From: a virus
Lineage: Duplodnaviria > Caudoviricetes
DNA length: 53,593 bases
Virus record (IMG/VR): IMGVR_UViG_3300031450_000204
Span: 1 to 53,593 of that record
Strand: one strand, 5' to 3'
Shown here: piece by piece, positions 9,555 to 18,908 of the stretch
How the letters are laid out: each line of letters opens with the position of its first letter
Numbering within the stretch: the first letter of the stretch is position 1
Notes under the pieces: model-generated
Told to the model about the DNA's origin: nothing
Database searches by the model: none
What the model saw: the letters and a program-made list of their open reading frames with translations, nothing else
Program-made: the position numbers and the translations under genes

Positions 9555-10060
9555 CCAAGGCCGAGACCGCGAAACTGCTCACCCTCGCCGCCGTCTACGA
9601 CAACCGAACGTTCGACGACCTGACCGTCGGCGCCTGGCATGACGCGCTCGACGGCTTGCGCTTCGAGGACTGCGTCGAGGCGGTCAAACGCCATTACCGG
9701 ATCACCCGCGACTGGATCATGCCCGCCGACATCCGCCAGCACGCCGTCCGCATCGGCAACGCCCGCGCCCAGGACCGCGAGCGCCAGCAGCTCAAGGCAC
9801 TCGAAGCCAGTCCCGTCGGTCGCGAGAAGGCCGATGAGCGGCTGGCGCAGGTCCACGCGATGGGCTTGCGGTTCGGGCGCATCCCCCAAGCCGATCCGGT
9901 ACACCCGACGGTCGACCCTGAGACCGTCCGGGCCGCGCGCAGCCGTCGCTGTCCGTGGTGCAAAGCGGCGGTCGGCCAGCCGTGTACGACGCCGGGCACG
10001 GGCCGGCCACTGTCGACCCTGCACCCGTCCCGCGCCGAGCCGCTGAGGAAGTCCGCATGA
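9551..10060 (+). CDS. Helicase loader/inhibitor-like protein with C-terminal zinc finger
   Basis: MTKAETAKLL..AAVYDNR..AWHDAL..AVKRHY..IMPADI; CPWCKAAVGQPC..H. Confidence 0.75.
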   Translation: MTKAETAKLLTLAAVYDNRTFDDLTVGAWHDALDGLRFEDCVEAVKRHYRITRDWIMPADIRQHAVRIGNARAQDRERQQLKALEASPVGREKADERLAQVHAMGLRFGRIPQADPVHPTVDPETVRAARSRRCPWCKAAVGQPCTTPGTGRPLSTLHPSRAEPLRKSA

Positions 10061-10200
10061 CCGACCCGGCAGACGAAGTGTGGACCGACGAGGCCCGCGC
10101 CCAATGGGTCCACGAAGCGTGCGAGCGCTACTGGGCGTCGCTGCCCGACGTGGCTTTGACCCAGCACGGATGGGAAGCCCACCTCGAGGAGAACCGGTGA
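10057..10200 (+). CDS. Small hypothetical protein
   Basis: Chain of ATGA/GTGA-coupled ORFs. Confidence 0.45.
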   Translation: MTDPADEVWTDEARAQWVHEACERYWASLPDVALTQHGWEAHLEENR

Positions 10201-10409
10201 CCTTCTTCGCCGCGACCGCTGCTCGTGACGCACTCGAACACCTTGAGGCCTGCATCCGCCTCTCAGCGTCCCGTTTCAGCCCGGCCCCTCCGGTACCCCA
10301 CCGGGAGCCTGGTAGCGCCCTGTGCTCCGCGTGGGGCCATCTGGCGAACCCCACAGGTCCAGGCTGGTGCCCACGGTGCGGGGCGCTCACCGACGAGGAG
10401 GCAGCATGA
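10197..10409 (+). CDS. Small hypothetical protein
   Basis: GAGGAG RBS, GTGA overlap, CPRCG. Confidence 0.5.
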   Translation: MTFFAATAARDALEHLEACIRLSASRFSPAPPVPHREPGSALCSAWGHLANPTGPGWCPRCGALTDEEAA

Positions 10410-10663
10410 ACGCTGACCTGACCGCCCGCTGCCTGGCAGAGATCGATCGACGCCTTGAAAGCGCCACTGATCTCGGCTTCCGGCCCGAGCATCACCGCGA
10501 CTGGCCCTACCTGGCAGCGTTCCGCGCTATCCTCGACCTGCATAAGCGGTATGTCGTGGCCGAGCGACACGTTAGCCCCGGGACGTACTGCATTCACGAT
10601 GACGACGCTTGGCCTTGCCAGACCGTTCGGGCTGTCGCTACCGCTCTAGGGGTCGAACCGTGA
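10406..10663 (+). CDS. Actinophage hypothetical protein
   Basis: GAGGAGG RBS; ILDLH...C..D...WPCQTVRA motif. Confidence 0.7.
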   Translation: MNADLTARCLAEIDRRLESATDLGFRPEHHRDWPYLAAFRAILDLHKRYVVAERHVSPGTYCIHDDDAWPCQTVRAVATALGVEP

Positions 10664-10863
10664 ACGAAGAGCGCAACTGCGGCACCTGCCAGCACTGGAT
10701 TCTCATTGACGCACCGTGGGAGGCTGGCCTTGATCACGGGCTCTGCAAAGGCATGGACGGCGACGAGGGGGCTCCGGCTTTCATTAGTGGTCCAGACTTG
10801 TATGGCGTGGAGCTTCGGACCCTGACGTCGTTCTCCTGCTCACTGTGGGAGGCCAAGCCGTGA
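10660..10863 (+). CDS. Small Cys-rich hypothetical protein
   Basis: CGTCQHW...C...FSCSLWE. Confidence 0.6.
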   Translation: MNEERNCGTCQHWILIDAPWEAGLDHGLCKGMDGDEGAPAFISGPDLYGVELRTLTSFSCSLWEAKP

Positions 10864-10994
10864 GCTTCTGCTGGCTGTTCCTGCCGCACAACTGGTCGAC
10901 GTGGGAACTTACGGCCGACTGCAAGGCTCAGCGTCGCCTCTGCGGGGTCTGCGGGCTGCGGCAGTTCAAGCAACTACGGGAAGCCAAGCCGTGA
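10860..10994 (+). CDS. Small zinc-finger-like protein
   Basis: C....HNW...RRLCGVCG; GTGA overlap. Confidence 0.45.
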   Translation: MSFCWLFLPHNWSTWELTADCKAQRRLCGVCGLRQFKQLREAKP

Positions 10995-11133
10995 GGCACA
11001 CGTCCACGTTGTTACCCGCACGTGTGTTGCTGCTGTGCTGGGTGCTGTGGCTGCTGGCTGGGCGGCGTGGCGCTGGCAGGACGCACTGAGCGCGGTGCTC
11101 GGCCCATGACGGCTACGCCCCGGACCTGCCCCC

Positions 11134-11688
11134 ATGGCATCTGACCTGCGCTGCGGCGCCCGGACCCGCGCCGGCGGGACGTGCGCCTACCGTCCGCTTC
11201 CAGGGCAGGTCCGGTGCCGGATGCACGGCGGCCGGACCCCCGCCGCCCTCGCCCGGGGAGCTGAGCGGGTGCTGGAAGCGAAGGTCCGCAAGCTCGTCCC
11301 AGACCATGTGGCCCCGATGGCCAACCCGCTGCTCAGCCTGCTGACGGTGGCCGCCGAGGCGGAAGCGTTCAAAGACGCGCTCCGCAGCCTCGTAGGCGAT
11401 TTGGGTGACCGGATCCGCTACTCCGGCCTGGAGGGCGGTGAGCAGCTCCGCGCCGAGGTGGTGGTCTACGAACGGGCTTTGGACCGAGTCGGCCGGATGT
11501 GCGTCGACATCGCCAAACTCGGCCTGGAGGAAAGGCTGGTCCGGCAGCAGGAAGCGCTAGGCGCGGGCCTAATCACCGTGCTGACCGCAGCGCTGACCGA
11601 GTTGGGTCAGGACCCGGCGGAGGACCGGGTCCGGAGTGTGGTAGCGGCGCAACTCAGCCGGCTTGAGCTGACAGCCGGCGGCCGATGA
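11134..11688 (+). CDS. Terminase small subunit (HGG-motif type)
   Basis: CGARTRAGGTC...RCRMHGG; immediately upstream of large terminase. Confidence 0.75.
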   Translation: MASDLRCGARTRAGGTCAYRPLPGQVRCRMHGGRTPAALARGAERVLEAKVRKLVPDHVAPMANPLLSLLTVAAEAEAFKDALRSLVGDLGDRIRYSGLEGGEQLRAEVVVYERALDRVGRMCVDIAKLGLEERLVRQQEALGAGLITVLTAALTELGQDPAEDRVRSVVAAQLSRLELTAGGR

Positions 11689-13118
11689 GCCTAGCCCCGT
11701 CGCCGTGGCAGATCGCCGCGCGCGCGTTCTCCCAGCCGGCTGTTCCCGCGTTGTTGCCGTGGCGGAAGCAGGCACGGCCGGAGCAGCTGCTCCCCGACGG
11801 CGACTGGCGCACGACCTATTGGCGTGGCGGCAGAGGCAGCGGCAAAACACGCAGCTCCGCGGAAGGTTTCGCTGAGCTGATCCGTGCCAACCCGGCCACT
11901 CCCGAGCACGGCAACGAATGGGCGGTGATCGCCCCGACGTTCGGCGACGCCCGCGACGTCTGCCTCGAAGGCGACTCGGGGCTGATCCGCGCCTTGGGCG
12001 GCAAGTCCGGTGGCGGCCGGCTCGTCGAGAAGGGGCCGCTGATCGCTGCGTGGAACCGGAGCATGGGCCAGCTGTACCTGGTCGACGGAACGGTGATCTA
12101 CGCCGACGGCGCCGACGACGGCGCCCTGCGAATCCAAGGGAAGAACCTGCGGGGCTGCTGGGCCGACGAGATCGGCTTGTGGGTCCGGTGGCGCACCGCA
12201 TGGGACGAGTCGATCAAGTATGCGGTCCGGAAGTACCCGGCGCAGCGGATCGTGTCCGGCACCCCGAAACGCAACATGCCCGCCATCGAACTGGTCCGCC
12301 GGCTGGTCCACGACCCGAACGTCGTCAACCGCCGGCTACGAACCGAGGACAACGCCGACAACCTCAACCCTGCCGCCCTCGCCGAACTGCTCGAAGCGAA
12401 AGGCACCGCGCTGGGGGCGCAGGAACTCGAAGGCGACGTGCTGGAGGAAGCTGAGGGGGCGATGTGGACCCGCGACCCGGCGAAGGCCGATGCGGACCGG
12501 CTCGGGCTGATCGTCGCCGAGCCGGCTCAGATCGACGGTGACGCCGGAACGCTCACGTTCGCCGCTGACGGTCGCACTGTCCGGCTCGGGCGCCGTGTGG
12601 TCGCGCTGGACCCCGCCGAAGGCGAAGGCGACGAACAAGGCCGCGCCGTCGTCGCAGTCGGAGCTGACAAGCGGTACTACGTGCTTCACGCCGCCGGCGA
12701 GCACCTGTCACCCATGGGCTGGCTGCGTACCAGCGTCGGCGTATTCGACCGGTACCGCGGCGACCGGCTCGTCTACGAAAAGAACGGCGCCATGTTCCTA
12801 CGCCCGTTGCTGGAGCAGGAGTTCCCCCAGGTCCCGACCGATCACGTGACGGCAACGCAAGGCAAACGGACCCGGGCCGAGCCGATCGCTGCGCTGTACG
12901 CCCGGCGGATGGTGACCCACGCGATCCTGGCCGGTGAGGACCTCGGCCCGTTGGAGGCGCAGATGACGTCGTTCACCGGCGACCCGGGAGAAGCGTCACC
13001 AGGCCTGGTCGATGCACTCACTTGGTGCATCGCCTACCTGCATGGCATCAGCCGCCCGGCCCGGTCGGTGTCTGTCGCGGCGATGCAGCTCCCGCCGTCG
13101 GGTCCGCGCGGCAGATAG
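11685..13118 (+). CDS. terL: Terminase large subunit
   Basis: GRGSGKT Walker A, CWADE Walker B, GTP coupling motif, VVALDPA nuclease domain, KRTRAEPI, LVDAL. Confidence 0.95.
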   Translation: MSLAPSPWQIAARAFSQPAVPALLPWRKQARPEQLLPDGDWRTTYWRGGRGSGKTRSSAEGFAELIRANPATPEHGNEWAVIAPTFGDARDVCLEGDSGLIRALGGKSGGGRLVEKGPLIAAWNRSMGQLYLVDGTVIYADGADDGALRIQGKNLRGCWADEIGLWVRWRTAWDESIKYAVRKYPAQRIVSGTPKRNMPAIELVRRLVHDPNVVNRRLRTEDNADNLNPAALAELLEAKGTALGAQELEGDVLEEAEGAMWTRDPAKADADRLGLIVAEPAQIDGDAGTLTFAADGRTVRLGRRVVALDPAEGEGDEQGRAVVAVGADKRYYVLHAAGEHLSPMGWLRTSVGVFDRYRGDRLVYEKNGAMFLRPLLEQEFPQVPTDHVTATQGKRTRAEPIAALYARRMVTHAILAGEDLGPLEAQMTSFTGDPGEASPGLVDALTWCIAYLHGISRPARSVSVAAMQLPPSGPRGR

Positions 13119-13138
13119 CGCTGCGTCAGGCTCGCCAT

Positions 13139-13157
13139 GTCCCGTGTGGTGTGGCAC
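13139..13157. promoter_or_regulatory. 19-bp operator-like motif GTCCCGTG-TGG-TGTGGCAC
   Basis: Matches motif family found at ten intergenic sites. Confidence 0.55.
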
Positions 13158-13193
13158 GGTGGACACGCAGCCGACACCACAGGGGGCAGCAGC

Positions 13194-13400
13194 ATGGGCA
13201 GCCTGATCGGGTTCACCAGCGCGGACACCGGCAGCCAGGTGTGGGTCAACACCGCACACGTCGTTGCCATCACCCATCGGCTGCCCCCGGCCAAGCCAGC
13301 GGACGGCGCAATGATCCTCCTGCCTGGCGTGACTCTCGCCGTAACCGAGACCCTCGACGAGGTCATCACCCTCGTCCGCCGTGCGGTCGAGACAGTCTGA
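13194..13400 (+). CDS. Small beta-rich hypothetical protein (FlbD-like pattern)
   Basis: VWVNTAHVVAI...VTETLDEV. Confidence 0.6.
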   Translation: MGSLIGFTSADTGSQVWVNTAHVVAITHRLPPAKPADGAMILLPGVTLAVTETLDEVITLVRRAVETV

Positions 13401-13648
13401 TGGCGTACCAGGTGAACCACGTCGGTGGCAACAGCTCCGGCTGGACCATCATCGACGGCGACGCGTGGGAAACCGTCGACTACCCCGGTGTGGGACTCGG
13501 CCTAGAGGTCCTCGCCGGCGGGGATGTGGTCGCCGAGTTCGCGCCCGGGAAATGGTCGGCGATCTGCCCGGAGCCCGCGCCGCCGGTACAGCCCCCAGCG
13601 CCAGCGCCAGCGCCCTCGTACTTGCCCCAGCCTGGGCGACGCGGATGA
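13400..13648 (+). CDS. Hypothetical protein
   Basis: TGATG junction; Pro-rich C-terminus. Confidence 0.55.
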   Translation: MAYQVNHVGGNSSGWTIIDGDAWETVDYPGVGLGLEVLAGGDVVAEFAPGKWSAICPEPAPPVQPPAPAPAPSYLPQPGRRG

Positions 13649-13788
13649 GCGACGTGTGGGACCGGCTCGACGTCTGCGAGCAACGCGTCCGGACCGCCCG
13701 GTCCGAGCTCGCCGCCGCCGAGGGTGAGCTTCGCGACGTCCAACGCGAGGTCGAAGCCGCGCACCCCGACACGGCCGGTGGCCGGTGA
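13645..13788 (+). CDS. Small coiled-coil protein
   Basis: ATGA overlap. Confidence 0.5.
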   Translation: MSDVWDRLDVCEQRVRTARSELAAAEGELRDVQREVEAAHPDTAGGR

Positions 13789-13970
13789 AGGCCCCCTGGC
13801 GAGCGTTCCGCCGCTGGCTCACCCCCGGCACCTCGAAAGCATCCTGGCGCTGCCTGCGGTGCACCCAGACGGGCCACGGCTACGGCAACACGGGGTCCGA
13901 CGCGATAGCCGACGCGATCCGCAACGGCAACGCCCACCAGCATCTCGGGCACGGCCAGGCAGCACCATGA
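13785..13970 (+). CDS. Small zinc-binding protein
   Basis: WRCLRC...H...H; coupled junctions. Confidence 0.5.
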   Translation: MKAPWRAFRRWLTPGTSKASWRCLRCTQTGHGYGNTGSDAIADAIRNGNAHQHLGHGQAAP

Positions 13971-14302
13971 GCGTCGTCGAGTCGCTGCGGATCACCCCCG
14001 CAGAAGTCACCGACCAGGCCACCCGGGACAGCATCGCCAGCCAGGTCCTCGTCATCGTCGACGGTGAGAACCAGCGGTTCTACATCTACGAGCAGACGGC
14101 GGCGGGGATTGTGGCGACGACGGACGAGGCGATCGTCGGGTTCGAAGCACCACTGCCAGGTGATCGGTACATGCGCTCGACCGTGACCCTGGCCGACGGC
14201 CGCAGGCTGGACCTGTCATCGCCGGGTGGCTGCTCAGCGTGCGGCAACCGGCTCGCCGCCTGGCACCCGCCGGGCGCCACATCGGGGCGGGTGCTGCGGT
14301 GA
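13967..14302 (+). CDS. Hypothetical protein
   Basis: ATGA overlap; GGCSACGNRL. Confidence 0.6.
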   Translation: MSVVESLRITPAEVTDQATRDSIASQVLVIVDGENQRFYIYEQTAAGIVATTDEAIVGFEAPLPGDRYMRSTVTLADGRRLDLSSPGGCSACGNRLAAWHPPGATSGRVLR

Positions 14303-14448
14303 CCGTCGTCTGGTTCCTGATCGGCTGGGCCACCGCCGTCGTCAGCCTCGTCGGCGCGGTGCTGTTCGTCGTCTGGTACGTCGCCCGGATACCACCGGCG
14401 GAGGAACCACCTGGCGAGGGCCAGCGCTACACCGGGATCGAACGATGA
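14299..14448 (+). CDS. Small membrane protein
   Basis: Single hydrophobic helix. Confidence 0.5.
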   Translation: MTVVWFLIGWATAVVSLVGAVLFVVWYVARIPPAEEPPGEGQRYTGIER

Positions 14449-14714
14449 GAAACCGCGGGCACATCTCCGGGCCGGACGTCCCGGTCCTGCCGGTCGTGCC
14501 GGACGGACCGGCAGCCAGCGCATCACTGATCCAGTTGGTGTTGTCCGCCGAGGACACGCGGCCCGTCGCAGATCTTTGCCGCTGGTGCCGAGAGCCGTCC
14601 GTGGTCGAGATCGATGTGGTGTCGCGTCTCGAAGGCACGGGGAAACCGAATGCGGTTGGGACGCTCCAAGTCTGCTGCTTGTGCATGCGTGTCCCCGAAC
14701 CGGACCGCCGGTGA
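14445..14714 (+). CDS. Zinc-binding hypothetical protein
   Basis: CRWC...CCLC. Confidence 0.55.
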   Translation: MRNRGHISGPDVPVLPVVPDGPAASASLIQLVLSAEDTRPVADLCRWCREPSVVEIDVVSRLEGTGKPNAVGTLQVCCLCMRVPEPDRR

Positions 14715-15004
14715 CCGGGGCTGTCGAGGCAGTCGAGGACGCGCTGGCGGTGGCCCGGCTGGTGCAGCTCGCCCAACGCGACCACCTACCGCTCGTGGCC
14801 CGGCCCCGGAACTGGCTGCTGGCCAGGTTGCCCGACGAGTCGAATGGCCTGTATCTCGCTACCTGCCCGGTGTGCCTCGCGGTGTGGGTAGCCGCCGGCG
14901 TGGTGGCCGCCAGGGCGGTAGCGCCCCGCTGGTGGGGTCCGGCGGCCCGCCTGCTGGCAGCTGCCTACGTCGGCGGGGAACTCGTCGCACGCCAACCGCT
15001 GTGA
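14711..15004 (+). CDS. DUF1360-like membrane protein
   Basis: LAVARLVQL..D...PR.W....L.TCPVCLAVWVA; typical position before portal. Confidence 0.75.
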   Translation: MTGAVEAVEDALAVARLVQLAQRDHLPLVARPRNWLLARLPDESNGLYLATCPVCLAVWVAAGVVAARAVAPRWWGPAARLLAAAYVGGELVARQPL

Positions 15005-15408
15005 ACGCGCACACTCGGCAGGTGAAGCGATACCGGCAGCCCGTGATGGTGTACCGGCTGGGCGTAGTCAGCGTCGAGCTGGCCGACGTGCCCGACTGCC
15101 TGGACGCCGCAGCTATCCCCATCACCGCCGGCATCCGGCACGGGTGGGACCTGACTGGCGAGCAGTGGCAGGCTTTGCCGTTGCTGTTCATCCGCACCGA
15201 CCGGATCGTCGGCAGGCACACGGACAGGACCCGGCTGGACAGGTGGCGTGCGCTGGAAGCCGTCGACTGGCCGCCGCTGTACCTCGAGGCCCGGCAGTTC
15301 CCCATGGTCGGGTTCGTGTTCTACCCCCACGACGGGCAGCACCGCACGCAGGTAGCGCGAGAGCGTGGCCTCGGGGCGCTCCCCGCCTACGTCTACCGCC
15401 GCCGGTAG
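15001..15408 (+). CDS. ParB-like nuclease domain protein
   Basis: PPL...HDGQHR..VA..G...LPA. Confidence 0.6.
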   Translation: MNAHTRQVKRYRQPVMVYRLGVVSVELADVPDCLDAAAIPITAGIRHGWDLTGEQWQALPLLFIRTDRIVGRHTDRTRLDRWRALEAVDWPPLYLEARQFPMVGFVFYPHDGQHRTQVARERGLGALPAYVYRRR

Positions 15409-15429
15409 CCCCCCGGCGCGCCACCCCAT

Positions 15430-15456
15430 GTCCCGCGCAACGCGGGACCGTACGCT
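15430..15456 (+). promoter_or_regulatory. Perfect palindrome GTCCCGCG-CAA-CGCGGGAC next to TACGCT -10 box upstream of portal
   Basis: 8-bp perfect inverted repeat 15430-15448; TANNNT at 15451-15456. Confidence 0.65.
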
Positions 15457-15496
15457 TACCGGCAGGTATTACCGCTGACGGTGAGGGGACTGGCAG

Positions 15497-18037
15497 GTGG
15501 CAGGACCGCTCCAGCGCCTCCGGACCGCCTTCGCCCCCCCGCCGCGCCGCCTGCTGACCGCCGCTAGCCGCCCGGCTGCTGCGAGCCTCCCACCAGTCGG
15601 CCAGCTTCCCGTCAACGCGCAAGGCAGCGCAAGTGCGCTCGGCGGCCGCCGGACAGTCGGCCAGGCATGGCAGCTCGACGCCCAGGCCTACTTCGACACC
15701 CTCGGGTGCATCAAATACGCGGCCAGGTATGTGGGCAACGCCTACGCCCGCGTCGTCCTCTACCCCGCCGTCGTCGTCACCGACGACGAGAACCCCGTCG
15801 GCGTCACCGACCTGCTCACCGACGCCGCACCACCATCGCAAGGCGGCGACGGCGAAGGCACCCCGCTGCCGGTCCCCCGCGACCTGCTTGAACAAGCACA
15901 AGTCGAAATGGCCCGCGTCCGGTCAGCGGTTGACGGCCAGGCAGGCATCCTGCGTGACATCGGTGTCAACTTCACCGTCCCCGGCGAGTGCTACGCGTGC
16001 TGCCGCCCCGAAACGGCGACGGCCCGGGAGACGTGGGACATCTACTCGGTGTCGGAGATGGTCCGCCGCGACCCCGACCCGGCGACCGGCGCCGAACGGT
16101 GGGCGCTTCGCGGCGACGGCATGACCCTCGACCGGCCGCTACCCGATGACGCGTTCGTCCGCCGGCTGTACTGGCCGCACCCGTTCCGCAAGCAGCTCGC
16201 CGACAGCCCGCTGCGGGGCATCCTCGACGACCTCGAAGAACTCGCCCTACTCAACCGCAGCATCCGCTCGACCGCGAAGTCCAGGATCGCCGGCTCTGGC
16301 ATCTTCCTCGTCCCGAACGAGCTCGACTACGACGCCGACAACCCTGCCGACCCCGACGGCCTGGACGCGCTGACCCGCGACCTGGCGATCCACCTGCAGG
16401 CCCCCCTGTCCGATGAGGGCTCCGCGGCCAACGTGGTGCCGCACATCCTGCGGGGCCCGTCGGAGCACCTGAAAAACGTCCGGCACCTGCGGTTCGACCG
16501 GCCGATCGACAAAGACCTCGCTGAGCAACGCAAGGAGAAGATCTCAGCGATCGCGATGGGCCTGGAAATGCCACCGGAAGTATTATTAGGAATCGGAGAC
16601 GTCAACCACTGGGGCGCCTACCAGGTGGCGGAGGAGACGTTCAAAGCCCACATCGAACCGGGCATCCTGATGGTCTGCGCCCAGGTCGGGTCGCAGATCC
16701 TCCAAGCGCTGCTGACCGCGCACGACCGGTGGGCGCCAGCTGACGTCGCCCGGATCACCTGCTGGTACGACGCGACCGCGCTGATCAACCACCCCGACCA
16801 GTCCAAGAGCGCGATGGACGCCTACAACGTCATCGAACTCTCCGGCGACGCGCTCCGCAAGTACATGGGGTTCCTCGACGACGACAAGCCGTCCGACGAC
16901 GAGGTCGCTGCTCACATCGAACGGTTCCGCCTGATGCACTCCCGCGGCGCCGAACCGGGCGTCATCCCGACGGGGGATGTGAACGCCCCGGTCGGCAACC
17001 AGGTGCTGCCGACCGGGGTTCCGGGCATGGCTCCGGCGGCAGCGCAGCAGCCGGTCAACCCCGGCATGCCACCGGCCCGGACCGCGCCTACCGGGCCGCC
17101 TGCCCGTACCGCGGCGCTGGTCGCCGCTGCCCGCCAGCCACGCCCGTTGGGCGCGCGGCTCGCCGAACTCGACCAGCGCCTCGCCGCCCGCGTCCAGGGC
17201 GCCGCGGACATGGCGACCCGTCGGCTGCTCGAGAAGGCGGGTGGGCGGATCACGTCGGCGGCGGCGAAGAACCGGGAGCTTGCGGCGACGGCCCGTAGCG
17301 TGCCGAAGGCTCAGGTCGCGTCCACGTTGGGCCGGACTGTCGTCGCGTCGCTCGGCGTCGACGACGCGAGCCTGCTCGACGGTGGCTACGACGAGCTGTT
17401 GGACGACGTCGACGTGTGGGTGGCGCAGACGAGGGACCGGTCCCGGCAGATGATCGCCGGCTGGCTCGCCCAGCACGGCGTGACCGTCTCGGCGGCGGCG
17501 TTGGCCGAGCTCGCCGGCTACGACGACCGGGACTCGGAAGCCGGGCGGCAGGCGCTCATCTCCGGGCTGTTGGGGTATGCGACGGCGCGGCTGTACCGCA
17601 TGGACATGCCCGGCCAGGACTTGGGTGAAGGGTTCGCTGACGGGTCGCTGCCCGCGGGGGTGACCCGCCGGCCGCTGGGGGTGTACGGCGGGCAGGACGT
17701 TGGCCAGGTCGGCAGCCTGGACAGTCGGGGTGCGGTCATCCCGTTGCGGGGCGTCGCCTCCGGCGACCGTCAGCTGTCGTTTCTCGCTTCGAACGGGGCG
17801 ACGACGGGGGCGTGGATGTGGGTGCACGGCAGCCCGCAGCACCCGTTCGAACCCCACGAGGAGCTGGACGGCAGTGTCTTCGGCGACGACCTGGTGGCTG
17901 ACGAGCACCTGCTGGCCAACACGACGGACGCGTGGACAGGGCTGCCGAACTACTCGATCGGCGACCACGACGGCTGCCAATGTTCCGCTGTCGACCTCGT
18001 GATCGCACCCGGTCAGTCCGTGGACCAGGCCGCCTGA
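15497..18037 (+). CDS. Portal protein with C-terminal MuF-like extension
   Basis: ADSPLR, SRIAGSGIFLVPNE, PPEVLLG..NHW actinophage portal motifs; C-terminal W.H...H..LDG..F...HDGCQC. Confidence 0.85.
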   Translation: MAGPLQRLRTAFAPPPRRLLTAASRPAAASLPPVGQLPVNAQGSASALGGRRTVGQAWQLDAQAYFDTLGCIKYAARYVGNAYARVVLYPAVVVTDDENPVGVTDLLTDAAPPSQGGDGEGTPLPVPRDLLEQAQVEMARVRSAVDGQAGILRDIGVNFTVPGECYACCRPETATARETWDIYSVSEMVRRDPDPATGAERWALRGDGMTLDRPLPDDAFVRRLYWPHPFRKQLADSPLRGILDDLEELALLNRSIRSTAKSRIAGSGIFLVPNELDYDADNPADPDGLDALTRDLAIHLQAPLSDEGSAANVVPHILRGPSEHLKNVRHLRFDRPIDKDLAEQRKEKISAIAMGLEMPPEVLLGIGDVNHWGAYQVAEETFKAHIEPGILMVCAQVGSQILQALLTAHDRWAPADVARITCWYDATALINHPDQSKSAMDAYNVIELSGDALRKYMGFLDDDKPSDDEVAAHIERFRLMHSRGAEPGVIPTGDVNAPVGNQVLPTGVPGMAPAAAQQPVNPGMPPARTAPTGPPARTAALVAAARQPRPLGARLAELDQRLAARVQGAADMATRRLLEKAGGRITSAAAKNRELAATARSVPKAQVASTLGRTVVASLGVDDASLLDGGYDELLDDVDVWVAQTRDRSRQMIAGWLAQHGVTVSAAALAELAGYDDRDSEAGRQALISGLLGYATARLYRMDMPGQDLGEGFADGSLPAGVTRRPLGVYGGQDVGQVGSLDSRGAVIPLRGVASGDRQLSFLASNGATTGAWMWVHGSPQHPFEPHEELDGSVFGDDLVADEHLLANTTDAWTGLPNYSIGDHDGCQCSAVDLVIAPGQSVDQAA

Positions 18038-18510
18038 TGACCTTCCCGTACCCGACCGGCAAGGGCCGGACCGAGGGCGTCGCGCCGATCCGACCGCAGC
18101 CGCCGGTGCCGGTGGCCGCGGTCGAGGTCGAGAACTGGCTGCGCAGACGTGCGACGACGACGGTCGAGGCCGCAGAGGCGAACCGGGCCTTCGTAAAGCG
18201 CTACCTGGCCGAAGCCGTCGAGGCACTCGCGCGGGCGAACGTGCGCGTTTCCCGCGGGGAGGCGGAGTCGGTCGAAGCCGAGTTGGCCGAGAAGGAACAC
18301 CAGGTGGCGAAGCTGCACGAGGCTGACGTCGAGCTCGCGGGCTCTCTCGCGGCGTCCGGATACATGATCCGCGGGGCGAACGGCGACATCGACTCGTCCT
18401 GGCGTGCCCGAGACGGAGCCGCCGTCGACCTCGATCTCGCCGCGAATGTCCACGCCACTTTCCACTACGCGCTCGCCCGGTATGGACCAGACGGGCCGGG
18501 TGGCGCATGA
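18037..18510 (+). CDS. Hypothetical protein
   Basis: TGATG junction. Confidence 0.6.
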   Translation: MTFPYPTGKGRTEGVAPIRPQPPVPVAAVEVENWLRRRATTTVEAAEANRAFVKRYLAEAVEALARANVRVSRGEAESVEAELAEKEHQVAKLHEADVELAGSLAASGYMIRGANGDIDSSWRARDGAAVDLDLAANVHATFHYALARYGPDGPGGA

Positions 18511-18866
18511 GCACCGTCGTCAAAGTCGCCTGCCCACACTGCGGCGACGAACTCACCATCCCCTCGGCCGCGTGCAGGCTCGTCCTCGCCGGCCAAGCCA
18601 ACGAGTTTCTCTCCGCTCGCTGCCCCAACTGCGGCGGGCAGATCAACAAGCTGGTACCGCCGCCCGTCGCCGGTGAGCTGCTCGGCGTCGGGGTGAAGGC
18701 TGTCGACATTCCGGGGTTCCCGACCCCGACGGGCCGCAAGGCGCTGACCGAAGACGACCTGATCGACTTCGGCCTCGCGTTGCAAGCCGATCCCACATTC
18801 CCGGGTGCGGCTGGCGGCGGGGAACCCCAGTCGCATTCGGCTCCATACCCGAGGAGCGGACAGTGA
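18507..18866 (+). CDS. Actinobacterial zinc-ribbon protein
   Basis: CPHCG...CPNCG...LTEDDLIDF. Confidence 0.7.
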   Translation: MSTVVKVACPHCGDELTIPSAACRLVLAGQANEFLSARCPNCGGQINKLVPPPVAGELLGVGVKAVDIPGFPTPTGRKALTEDDLIDFGLALQADPTFPGAAGGGEPQSHSAPYPRSGQ

Positions 18867-18877
18867 GCTGGTCTACC

Positions 18878-18896
18878 GTTCTAGGCAACACGCGAC
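18878..18896. promoter_or_regulatory. 19-bp operator-like motif GTTCTAGG-CAA-CACGCGAC
   Basis: Upstream of the protease RBS (GAGAGG). Confidence 0.55.
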
Positions 18897-18908
18897 GAGA
18901 GGTGTGAC

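Noticed and set aside
16601-16627. Self-target of array 2 in the portal gene (GGc GCc TAc CAg GTg plus AAc)
   Set aside because: Only 6 of 9 dinucleotides match and mismatches fall on the conserved H-W codons; plausible by chance in a window this size
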